A stretch of DNA of 64,000 nucleotides. It comes from Takakia lepidozioides. Taxonomy: Eukaryota > Plantae > Bryophyta. The notes beneath the pieces were generated by a model that did not search any database, was not told where the DNA came from, and saw nothing but the letters and a program-made list of their open reading frames with translations. Made by a program: the position numbers and the translations under genes. This document shows, piece after piece, positions 1 to 9,559 of this stretch. Position 1 is the stretch's first letter; each line of letters opens with the position of its first letter. The stretch lies in assembly GCA_030704615.1 (NCBI GenBank), contig CM060733.1:18352001-18416000 (forward strand), in the 5' to 3' direction.

Positions 1-1293
1 GATGTTGAGATCGAGGAGTGGAGGATGTACTGGTCACCCGACTATGTCTCCATCACTAGAGGCACTAGAGGCACAAGGGCAGCAGCCACACCGACAGCTG
101 CACTAGCAGCAGCAGCTACAACAGCAGCTTCCACGAGCAGTAGTGGGACTAGTGGTACAGCAACTACGACGTTCACCCAAGCTACTGCTGCACCAGCACC
201 AGTGGCGGTGCCTGCCTTCAACCCTATTGTGGAGTTCTTCGAAGAGTTGAGAAGGAACTACCAAGGGGTGAGGACAGAGAAGTTGAAGAGTTTGCAAGAG
301 TTCCAACGGAAGCCTATTGAGAGCTTGAGGGAGGCTTTCACTCGCATGAGGCGCTTGATTAATGTAACCCAAGGGGTTACGGAGGCTCAGGCAGTCCAGT
401 TTTAGTACGGGATATTGGACAAGGAGCTGAGGAGAAGGGTGCGGGATGCAATTCTCCTACAAGCGGCCCAACCCACCTTAGCAAATGTGTTTTTGCTGGC
501 AGAGCGAATAGAGCTCAACATAGTGGAGGAACAAGTGGTTATGGTGGGATTTGCTAAGGAGGCACCACGGGGTAGTGGTGCTCCTAGCCAGCCACTACCT
601 CAACGTACTCAAGGCAACAAGGGGGCTCAGGTGAAGCCCAGGGAAGGACAGAGAGGACCTCAGATGCAGGGGTCTCTCCCTTCATTTGCTGGCCAACAAC
701 GGGCGGATGTGGTATGTTGGACATGTGGAGGACCCCATGTCAAGAAGGATTGCCCAGAGGGAGGCAATGGTTTGGCACCGGCACAGCCTGCACAGTTGCA
801 GTGTGGGCTTTGTGGCAAGTACAGGCATGGAGAAGCCCAGTGCTATGGTTTGCATCCTGAGTTGCGCCTAGGCCAGTTCCAAGGGAACAATGGTGGCCGG
901 GGGCGAGGTGGAGCAGCCCAGAGAGGACGAGGTGGCCAGGCACGAGGTGCAGGCCAAGGGCAAGTTCAACATGGCCAAGGACGCGGAGGTTAGGGTGGTG
1001 ACCAAGGCATGGCCAACCGGCTTCAGCAGCTAAAGCAGAGGCTCGTTGCCATGGCCACAGCTCAGGTGGTACCGGCTCCAAGGCCGGATGGTCCACCTCC
1101 TGCTCCTGAGGGAGGAGACATGGGAGACATGGGATTCATGTGCGGGGCAGCACTACCACTAGTGAGGGGTGCCACTACCACTACCACTACCACTGTGGGT
1201 GGGGCACCACTACCACTAGTGTCGGGCAGCACTACCACTAGTGCAAGTGGAGTCAGCTGCGGCAGTGACTCGAGGAGCAACACGAGTTCCTAA
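1..1293 (+). pseudogene. gag: G1 gag with two CCHC zinc knuckles
   Basis: ORFs 25-405, 415-993 and 1009-1293 share one frame and are separated by TAG stops. Motifs FQRKPIESLREAFTRMRRL, CWTCGGPHVKKDC, CGLCGKYRHGEAQC, and a Gly/Arg-rich tail. Confidence 0.85.
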
Positions 1294-1869
1294 GCCACGG
1301 GGTGCGGAGGTGGAGTTGAATCCACAGCGTGGGGAGGCAAGCCGTCGGGTCAGGCTTCCTCAGTCATTCACATTGGCGGAGACAGTGTCGACGCCGTCCA
1401 TGGCACCTAGTTCTCGCTTGACTGTTACCGAGGCGGAGGTTACTATGCCATTGGGGAGAGCTACACGGGCAGCACCACTACCTAGTGTTGCCAAGGCTAT
1501 GGCAGCTAATGTGCTGCTGGGGGCGGCCACAGCTGTGTGCCAGGCTCCATTATTCTCGGCTACCATGATTGCGACGCCGGGGGTAAGACCAGCTGAGGTG
1601 TTCAGGCTAGCAGCCACACTCTGTGAGAGTGGGGAGGTTACTTCATCCTCTGCGGAGATAGTGGGAGGTGTAGTGCCGGAGGGATCCTTGGATGTGAGGG
1701 TCAAGACTGCTACGGCGGCGCCATGGCAAGCTGCAGCTGCCAGGTTGGCGGAGCTGCCAGCTAGGCCAGCCATTGAGCGCGCCATGGTGACACCTGGAGT
1801 TGTCATGTTAGACAACCAAGATGGCATTTTCTGTTTGAGTGGACCGGCAGGCAAAGAGGTACCGGCCAC

Positions 1870-2200
1870 TGTGAGTCTTGTTGGACTCGGGAGCTCAGCC
1901 ATTGATGCTAGGCAGAGCTGCTATTGTAGGCTTGGGCCTCATGGAGGCGGATATGGAGCCGTGCCCTTTCCAGATACAGACATCGCTGGGAGGATCAGAG
2001 CAAGCTCGAGGCATGACACGGCGTGAGTTGGCTATCAGACTACAGCCGGATCATCCTACAGATGGCTCAGTGATGAGAGCCAAGGCCATTGTGATAGACG
2101 TGGTCTCGTATGATGTCCTTGTTGGTGGGGCAGTGTTGTACCCCATGGGCTTCACCCTGGATTTTTGGGAGGAGTCAGCTTCCTATAGGCCTGGATGGCA
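1870..2200 (+). pseudogene. G1 retropepsin aspartic protease
   Basis: (V)LLDSGAQPLM active-site motif and YDVLVG motif in ORF 1878-2744. Confidence 0.85.
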
Positions 2201-2591
2201 GTCAGGGGAGGGCCGGCGTATAAAGCTCCCTGTGACGTTCATAGGAGATGTTGCGGTTGCCCAGCGAGGCAAGATGCCAAGACTGGCAGCATTCATGGCT
2301 GCAATGACTTGGCTTGGAGAGTTGCTGGAAGGCAATGCCCATGCAGAGGATGTGCCACCTCCAGCAAAGCAGGATGACATGCATGGTACGGTGGAGTTGC
2401 CTGCCATGGTTGCTCACACTCCATTGTGGGGTACGAGCAAGGATTTGCAGCAAGCTGCTGATAGACGGGTGCAACAAGCTTGGGTAGAAGCTTTTGTACC
2501 GTCAGGAGAGGAGGAGAGTGCGGTGATTGCACCAGGGAAACCTCAGTTGTCGCCATTGGACACCACACCTCTTGTGTGGCAGCGGCCGGAT

Positions 2592-3610
2592 GAAGGCATA
2601 TGCCTTCTAGACTTATTTGGCGGGATCAGCACTAGATTGGCTGCAATGCTGCAGGCAGGTGTACGAGTTCGACGTTACCTGTATGTGGAGAGGGATGAGA
2701 CTGCACGACGCGTCTCACTGCGCCATGTTGCTCAGATGCTGTAGCAGTACCCTGAGTTGTTGCCGGTGTCTGCAGTTCGTGGATATCAGCAGGCCTTGCC
2801 AGCAGACATTGCGTTGCTGGGGGCGCAGGATTTGGAGCGGGTTGGCTCCATTGATCTAGTAGTGGCAGGTTGGCCCTGCCAAGGGCATTCATCAGCCGGG
2901 CATGGCAATGGATTGCTAGACTTAAGGACGGGTCTGTTTTGGGAGATGGTGCGGATTTTACGTCACTTGCAGCTTCATCAAGCTGTATCTCCGGCATACA
3001 TCTTGGAGAATGTGCCGTTGATGGGTGATTCTCGGGCCAGGGTGGTGGCCAATGTGCATCAAGTCCGGTCGTGGCTTGGGTCAGCAGTATTGCTGGATGC
3101 AGCTGCAGTGGGGTCACGGGCTCATCGTCCACGGTTACGGTGGACTAACTTGATGCCACCCGCACTGCTCAAGCCTGCATTTGATGGGGTGCAGCGGCCA
3201 GCACACCTCACAGTGGATAGCATTTTGGACACAGGGAGGCAGTCTCAACGTGTGAGACACGATGACCGTTTGCCTTTGGTAGTGATCAACAAGGTGGGTC
3301 AATCACCAGCAGCACTACCTACATTGCTCAACTTCCCAGGATCGCATGCTTTCCGAGATGGTGGACCTGGCCTCCTATGGGATGCTCAGCTTCCCAGGAT
3401 CGCATGTTTTCCGGGATGGTGGACCTGGCCTCCTATGGGATGCTCAGCTGCAGCAGTTAGTGGAGCCTAATGCCGACGAGCGAGAGCGGGCTATGGGTTT
3501 TTCCACTGGGACCACGGCGGTGCCTTCTCTTTCTGAGGCATCACGTCGTCAGGTGTTGGGGCAAGCGATGGATCTCAATTGCTTGACCTGGATTATCAGC
3601 TTGGCTATGG
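2592..3610 (+). pseudogene. G1 C5 cytosine DNA methyltransferase domain (DNMT3-like), disrupted
   Basis: Motif I LLDLFGGI, II YVERD, IV AGWPCQGHS, VI YILENV, VIII AHRPRLRWTNL, IX ERERAMGF, X RRQVLGQAM. In-frame TAG at 2742-2744. A 58-bp tandem duplication (units start 3333 and 3391) shifts the frame. Confidence 0.93.
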
Positions 3611-3960
3611 CTGAGCAACGTAGAGTGCGGAGTGCACTTCCCTTGACGGTCTCTCTGCCTACCGAGACGGTACAGGCAGTGAGTGGGGGCGAACCGGTGA
3701 AGACCACGGGGTGTAGACATCCATGGCACATGTGGGAGGTGCTCGAGGTTCAGAGGGAGTTGACAGCCAAGGCGGCTGTGATGGATGAGGTTGGAGATTC
3801 TTTTCGGGTTGAGGAGGTCCTCAAGGATGAGATGATGGGGCAAGATGAGGCCTTGTCATTGACTAAGCAGGCAGGGAGTACTGCTCATGAGGTTGCGGCA
3901 TAGCAACCACGGGACGCGTCTCCTACCTCTAAGTCTGCTGGACTTAAGATTGCAGTTACG

Positions 3961-5400
3961 GTGGACAATTGGGAGCCTGACATTGGACCCATTGTCATTG
4001 GAGGAGAGAGACGATGTATACGGCAGATCCTGAGGGTTTACAGGAATTGCTTTGCCTTCAGTTTGAAGGATTTGGGAGCACTGAAGGGTCATGAGATTCG
4101 TATTGAGTTGGCCACGGACACGCCAATCTTTCGGAGACCCTATAGATACAGTGACATGGAGAGGTCTTTGATTCAGATGAGGACTCAAGATCTCTAGGAG
4201 GCTGGTTTGGTGGAGCTCTCTGGTGGAGAGTATGCTTCAGCCACGGTGATGCCAGCCAAGAAGGATGTCTATGGCAATTGGACAGAGAGACGTATGTGCG
4301 GTGACTACCGGCCTGTAAATCGTCAGACCAAGTCCGATAAGTATGTCATGCCCACACCGGAGGAGATCTTTGATGCCATTGGGCATGCCAAGGTCTTTAG
4401 CACTCTAGACTTGCGGTCTGGATATCACCAGTTGCCGATCAAGGAGGCGGACAAGCAGAAGACGGCATTCTGGGGGATCAATGAGCACGGGAAGGATTGA
4501 CTATATCAGTGGCGATTCTTACCATTCGGGCTTAAGAACGCTCTTGCAGATTCCAGAGAGTCATGGACAGGATTCTAGCAGGGGTGGACTTTGCTCGGTG
4601 CTACATAGATGATATCATCAGCTTTAGTGCTACGGTGGAGGAGCACGAGAGACACCTTCAGGTGGTGTTTGAGCGCTTGAGAGCACACGGATTGAAATTA
4701 CATCCGGGGAAGTGCAAGTTCTTCCACAACCAGATTGAGTATCTGGGCCACATGATATATCCTGGAGGATTGGGGGTGCCGCAGACTAAGGTAGAGGCCA
4801 TTGCACAGATTCAACGTCCCATGGATGTAAGCCGAGTTTGAGCTTTCATGGGGTTGGCAAACTACTATAGACGGTTTGTCAAGGGATTTAATGCTATTGC
4901 AAAGGCTCTAACCAAGCTGACCAAGGTAGACCAGGAGTGGCAGTGGGAAGATGAGCAAGAGCGAGCTTTTCAAGAGCTCAAGGCGAGGTTGACCTCGGCG
5001 CCGATCTTGAGACGACTTATCAGGGGGCGTCCCTTTCAGGTGCATACAGATTGGAGCATGCTGGGGCTTGGAGCGGTGCTCACACAGGTGGATGATGAGG
5101 GAAGAGAGTTCGTGGCTTATGCTATCAAACAACGCTGCAGTATAGCTCATATGAGGGGGAGTGCTTAGCTGCAGTGTGGGCCATGGCACACTTCAGGTGC
5201 TATCTATATGGCAATCTCTTCACCCTTGTCACGGATCACCAGCCACTCAAGTGGTTGATGGAGTCAGACAAGCTTACGGGGTAGCTTGCACGGTTGGCAC
5301 TTATACTCCAAGAGTATGACTTTCAGGTTGTGCATCGACCGGGTTTGGTCAATAGGGATGCGGATGGATTGAGTTGCAATCCATGCACGAGCCAGCAGGA
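3961..5400 (+). pseudogene. pol: G1 reverse transcriptase and RNase H
   Basis: RMCGDYRPVN, LDLRSGYHQL, CYIDDII, HPGKCKF, YYRRFVKGF, HTDWS, WALILQEYDF, ADGLS motifs, split by stops and frameshifts. Confidence 0.95.
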
Positions 5401-5559
5401 TGACACTGGAGCTCGGTGGCATGGTGAGACGGACGAGGAGATGGTGCCGGGGTGGCATGCATCTGTCTTTTTGTGTATCTTGGCATCGAGAGGTCAGGTT
5501 GGACCTACATTAGGGATGACTGTAGACGGAGTGTCTGAGGACCCTGAGGCTAGAGATGA

Positions 5560-6500
5560 GCTAGGTGGTGCCAGAGATATACATGAGGATTCAGTTGTGT
5601 TGGACTACCTCCGCACTGGAGACACTGCAGCCACTGTGACTGCCAAGGAGAGGGATCGGATCCTGCAACGAGCCAAGAGGTTCAAGTGGGAGGGGATACA
5701 CCTGCTTCGATTGTGGGAGGATGGTAGGGTAAGGATCGTGCCTCACCCAACACAGCGTGCACGGTTAGTGCGGCATGCCCATGAGGAGTTGGGGCATTTT
5801 TTAGTGCAACGCACTCATAGTTTACGGCAGGGGCAGTATTGGTGGCGTGGTATGCACACAGAGGTGCAACAGTTCGTGGCTAGGTGCATGGTGTGTGACA
5901 GGGTGCGTGCTTCATTCAACGCCCATACACCACAGTTGCATCCATTACCCATCATGGGATTAGGCTACAGGTGGAGTCTTGACTTCGCAGGGCCGTTGCC
6001 ACTGACGATGCGCCACCACAGATATGTATTGGTGATGGTGGAGCACTTCTCCAAGTGGATTGAGTTGGTTCCATTGCCTGACAAGGCTAGTGAGGGGGCT
6101 GCGTATGCATTCATGGATCGTGTGCTTAGCTGATTCGGTGCTCCAACTGAGGTACTCACGGACCAAGGGAGAGAGTTCTTGGGGGAGTTTAAGGCTTTGT
6201 GTGATACTTGATAGACCACCGTACCACTTCTCGGGATCATCCTGAGGCCGATGGCTTGGTAGAGAGAGTGGTGCAGACGGTGAAGAGGGGTTTGCGCAAG
6301 TATGGCTTGCAAAAGGGATACCTAGACAGCGCCTACGACCTTGGATGTCACAGCAGGACGTGTGATTCTAAGGGTCAGGGAGGTGTTGCCTTCAGGAGTG
6401 TTGATTCTGGAGGGTCGAGATGGCATGGTATGGAAGGACCATGTGCGTAATTGTGCGCCATGTCACCTTCCACATGTGGATGGGAGGATAGATCCCAACC
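5560..6500 (+). pseudogene. G1 DDE integrase (H2C2 zinc domain and core), internal deletion near 6320
   Basis: HAHEELGHF...YWW...CMVC, WSLDFAGP, TDQG, DGLVER. The segment present in G4 at about 52885-53230 is missing. Confidence 0.92.
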
Positions 6501-6526
6501 TTGCAGTGGTACCTGCAGGCTTGCGT

Positions 6527-6670
6527 TGCATGCTATGTGGGCATGTTCGTGGTGCCGCCACTATGTTGGTGTGTGATCGATGCTCAAGAGGTTGGCACAT
6601 GGGATGCTTGACACCACCTCTTGAGAGGGTTCCCGATGGAGATTGGTTATATCCAAACTGCTTGGGATAG
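6527..6670 (+). CDS. G1 C-terminal PHD finger of Pol
   Basis: CMLC-x10-CDRC-x4-HMGC-x14-(Y/C)PNC with the LxPPLxxVPxGxW signature of C4HC3 PHD fingers. Confidence 0.9.
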   Translation, partial: CMLCGHVRGAATMLVCDRCSRGWHMGCLTPPLERVPDGDWLYPNCLG

Positions 6671-6917
6671 TGGCAGTGAATATGACTAGTGGCAGCTCAC
6701 AAAACATGGGAGGCCAAGCACATAGGAGTCAATACCCAAGATCTCAGGCTCAAGTTCACAGGTTGCAAGACGGCGACTAACGATCGGGCAATTCTTGTAC
6801 CCGGCCTCTTGATCTATTGAGTTTGAGTGTAGTAGGGACAGTGGTGGAGGACTTAGTGAGGCTATGGCCACTATCACATCTTGTGGCTATCTGGACTTAG
6901 AGGGACCTAAGCGCCAG

Positions 6918-6930
6918 CTAGAGGGGCGAT
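6918..6930 (+). promoter_or_regulatory. G1 polypurine tract followed by AT spacer
   Basis: CTAGAGGGGCG-AT directly before TGTG of repeat B1. The same motif is in G3 (13235-13247) and G4 (52274-52286). Confidence 0.8.
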
Positions 6931-7118
6931 TGTGATGGACTAGTGGCAGCCTAGTGATGGACTAGTGGTTACACTAGTGGTGGACTAGTAGTTGCACTAG
7001 TGGCAGCCTAGTGGTTGCACTAGTGGTGGACTAGTGATAGACTAGTGTTTGGTGTGCACATGTGTTGTGTGGTTTTGGACAGCGATGAAGTTGTGTAGCG
7101 ATATATATGCGCACGACA
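6931..7118 (+). repeat. G1 terminal repeat B1 (ACTAGT-rich, TG...GCACGACA)
   Basis: Direct repeat of 7440-7650 and homologous to 13059-13234 (-). Confidence 0.92.
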
Positions 7119-7120
7119 GC

Positions 7121-7438
7121 TGTCAAGTTATTTTACCACTAGTGTGAAGTTAGCTAGGAAATAACTAGCTTTTATATATTGACATTTGGGATTGACCCAA
7201 GTGTCAATCCAGGGGCCAATACATGTTTGGGCACCTGACGTTGTTCTCTTCACGGCAGATCGCGGTGGGCTCATTTTTTTCGAGTTGAGCCTCACCGCGT
7301 CTAGCTATGGCGCCGTAGTGTGGATTCCCTATGGCGTGGGGTGCACTTGGCTCGACTTAATATATGAGTGATGTTTTCATGTGCAAGTGTGTCAGTTTGA
7401 GAGAGCTTGTATGCTTGTATCATTCCTTTCCTTATCTA
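7121..7438 (+). repeat. G1 terminal repeat A (TGTCAAG...TATCTA)
   Basis: Homologous to the reverse complement of 46927-47240, which is the 5' terminus of G3. Confidence 0.9.
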
Positions 7439-7439
7439 T

Positions 7440-7650
7440 TGTGATGGACTAGTGACAGCCTAGTGATGGACTAGTGGCTGCACTAGTGGTGGACTAGTGG
7501 TTGCACTAGTGGCAGCCTAGTGGTTGCACAAGTGGCAGGACTAGTGGTGCACTAGTGGTGGACTAGTGATAGACTAGTGTTTGGTGTGCACATATGTTGT
7601 GTGGTTTTGGACAGCGATGTAGTTGTGTAGCGATATGTATGTGCACGACA
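7440..7650 (+). repeat. G1 terminal repeat B2, the 3' terminus of the element
   Basis: Second copy of B; ends GTGCACGACA. Confidence 0.92.
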
Positions 7651-8243
7651 TATGGATGAGGCCCAATCCTCAATCGTCCATCCTCCCATATCCAAAGTAG
7701 ATGAGTCCCTTCCCACTTGAATCTCTTGGCTCGTTGTAGGACCCGATCTCTCTCCTTAGCAGTCACACTGGCTGTTGTCTCTCCGGTACGAAGGTATGCC
7801 AACACTGCTGCATCTTCATGCACATCCTTAGCACCACCAAACTCCTCACTAGTCTCTGGATAATCATGCACATTATCTACATGACCAATTGCATGGGATG
7901 GACCAGCTTGAGCTCCCATTGCTAGAATGCACAAAAAGGCCGATGCATGCCATCCTGGCACCATCTCCTCATCTGTCTCACCATGCCACCGAGCTCCAGT
8001 ATCATCATGTTCATTCGTGCATGGATTACGACTCAATCCATCTGCATCCCGATTGACAATACCGGCTCGATGCACCACCTGGAAGTCGTACTCTTGAAGC
8101 ATAAGTGCCCACCGTGCAAGCTTCCCTATAAGCTTGTCTGACTCCATCAACCACTTCAATGGTTGGTGATCTGTGACAAGGGTGAAGAGGTTGTCATAGA
8201 GATAGCATCTGAAATATGCCACTGCCCATACCGCAGCTAGACA
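7651..8243 (-). pseudogene. G2 RNase H end and integrase start
   Basis: ORF 7563-8291: LAAVWAVAYFRCYLY...TDHQPLKWL...LQEYDF...ADGLSR. Joined directly to the MTase end, so RT is deleted. Confidence 0.88.
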
Positions 8244-8289
8244 AACCACCACTATCTGCAACCTCCGTTGTTTAGCCATGCACAAGCCC

Positions 8290-9235
8290 AATGACCCATA
8301 TCAAACAATTTAGATCCATTGCTTGACCCAACACATGTCGGCGTGATGCCTCTGACAGAGCTGACACAGCTGTAGTGCCCGTGGCAAATCCCATTGCCCG
8401 CTCTCGCTCATCCGCATTGGGCTCCACCAATTGCTGTAGCACACTATCCAAAATCAACCCAGGACCTTTGGCTCAAAAAGCATGAGACGAGGAAAAGCTC
8501 ATGAGCGTAGGCAAGGTTGCACGTGGCTGCCCCACTCGATTTACCACTGCTAGAGGTGGACGATCATCATGTCGCACCCTCTGTGGTTGCCTTCCTTAGT
8601 CCAAAATGCCCTCAACTGTGAGATTGGGTGGCCGTTGAATGGAATCGTATGCTCTCTTGAGCAGCTCTGGTGGTGCAAGATTGGTCCACCACAATCGAGG
8701 TCGATGCGCTCGTGATCCCACCGCTGCTGCATCCAATAGTACCGTCGATCCGATCCAAGACCGCACCTGATGCACACTGGCCATAACCCTGGCCCGAGAG
8801 TCCCCCATAAGAGGAACATTCTCCAAGATATAGGCTAGAGGTTGCACTTGCCTCGTTTGCAAGTCACGCAACACTCTCAACATCTCCCAAAACAAATGTG
8901 ATTGTGCATCATGCAAGCCATTCATGACTTGCGGGAGGGTGTCCTTGGCAAGGCCATCCGGCTATCACCAAGTCAATGGCACCATGCCGGCCCAAATCAT
9001 CCGCCCCCAGCATGGTAATATCTGCTGGCAAGGCCTTTTGGTACCCTTGAATTGCTGAGAGAGACAGCAACTCAGGGTGCTGGTGTGTGAGCAAGGCAAC
9101 GTGACGCATAGAAATACGCCGAGCTATCTCATCCTTCTCCACATACAAGTACTTTCGTACTTTAATCCCAGCTTGCAACACTCCTGTAAGCCCAGTGCTC
9201 ATGCCTCCAAACAGGTCTAGCAAACAAATCCCTGA
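8290..9235 (-). pseudogene. G2 C5 DNA methyltransferase domain
   Basis: LLDLFGGM, IAGWPCQGH, YILENV, AHRPRLWWTNL, ERERAMGF, RRHVLGQAM across ORFs 8909-9262, 8596-8925 and 8272-8457. Confidence 0.92.
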
Positions 9236-9559
9236 GCCAGGTGGTTGCCAGGTAATGGGCACTCTGTCCAGGTGATGTCACTAAACTCCCCTCACTTACC
9301 AATGGATAAGCCTCATGCCATGCTTGATGCACACACTCACCTGCTACTCGATGCAAATTCCTAACTGTACCCACAGTGGAATATGAACAGGCACATGAGG
9401 AAGCAAATCAGCCTTGTATGCCAATTGTTTATCCTCTTCAGGTGGTGGCTTATCATATGCATGGCTATTGCTCTCCAAGAGCTCACCACCCCAAGCCACC
9501 ACCTCTAAGAATGCAGCCAATGTGGGCATCATGTTCCTATGATCCACCGCTACATTCCC

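Larger units (their letters stand above)
1..7650 (+). mobile_element. G1: Ty3/Gypsy retrotransposon with DNA methyltransferase and PHD finger (subfamily I); 5' end off-window; 3' end has B1-GC-A-B2 permuted repeats
   Basis: Colinear gag, protease, C5-MTase, RT, RNase H, integrase and PHD fragments. Purine tract at 6918-6928. Ends ...GTGCACGACA at 7650, directly abutting integrase sequence of G2. Confidence 0.93.

Noticed and set aside
2592-3610. Bacterial restriction-modification gene or contamination
   Set aside because: The domain lies within Pol in four copies amid plant TEs and has no partner endonuclease.
6931-7650. Ngaro/PAT/DIRS tyrosine-recombinase retroelement, suggested by the split repeats
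   Set aside because: No tyrosine recombinase ORF was seen in any copy. The elements have a protease and an H2C2 plus DDE integrase in Gypsy order.
6931-7650. B as a short ordinary LTR, with B1-A-B2 a TRIM-like mini element
   Set aside because: B does not occur at either visible 5' end. A forms the 5' terminus and abuts the PBS, and no PBS or PPT lies between B1 and B2.
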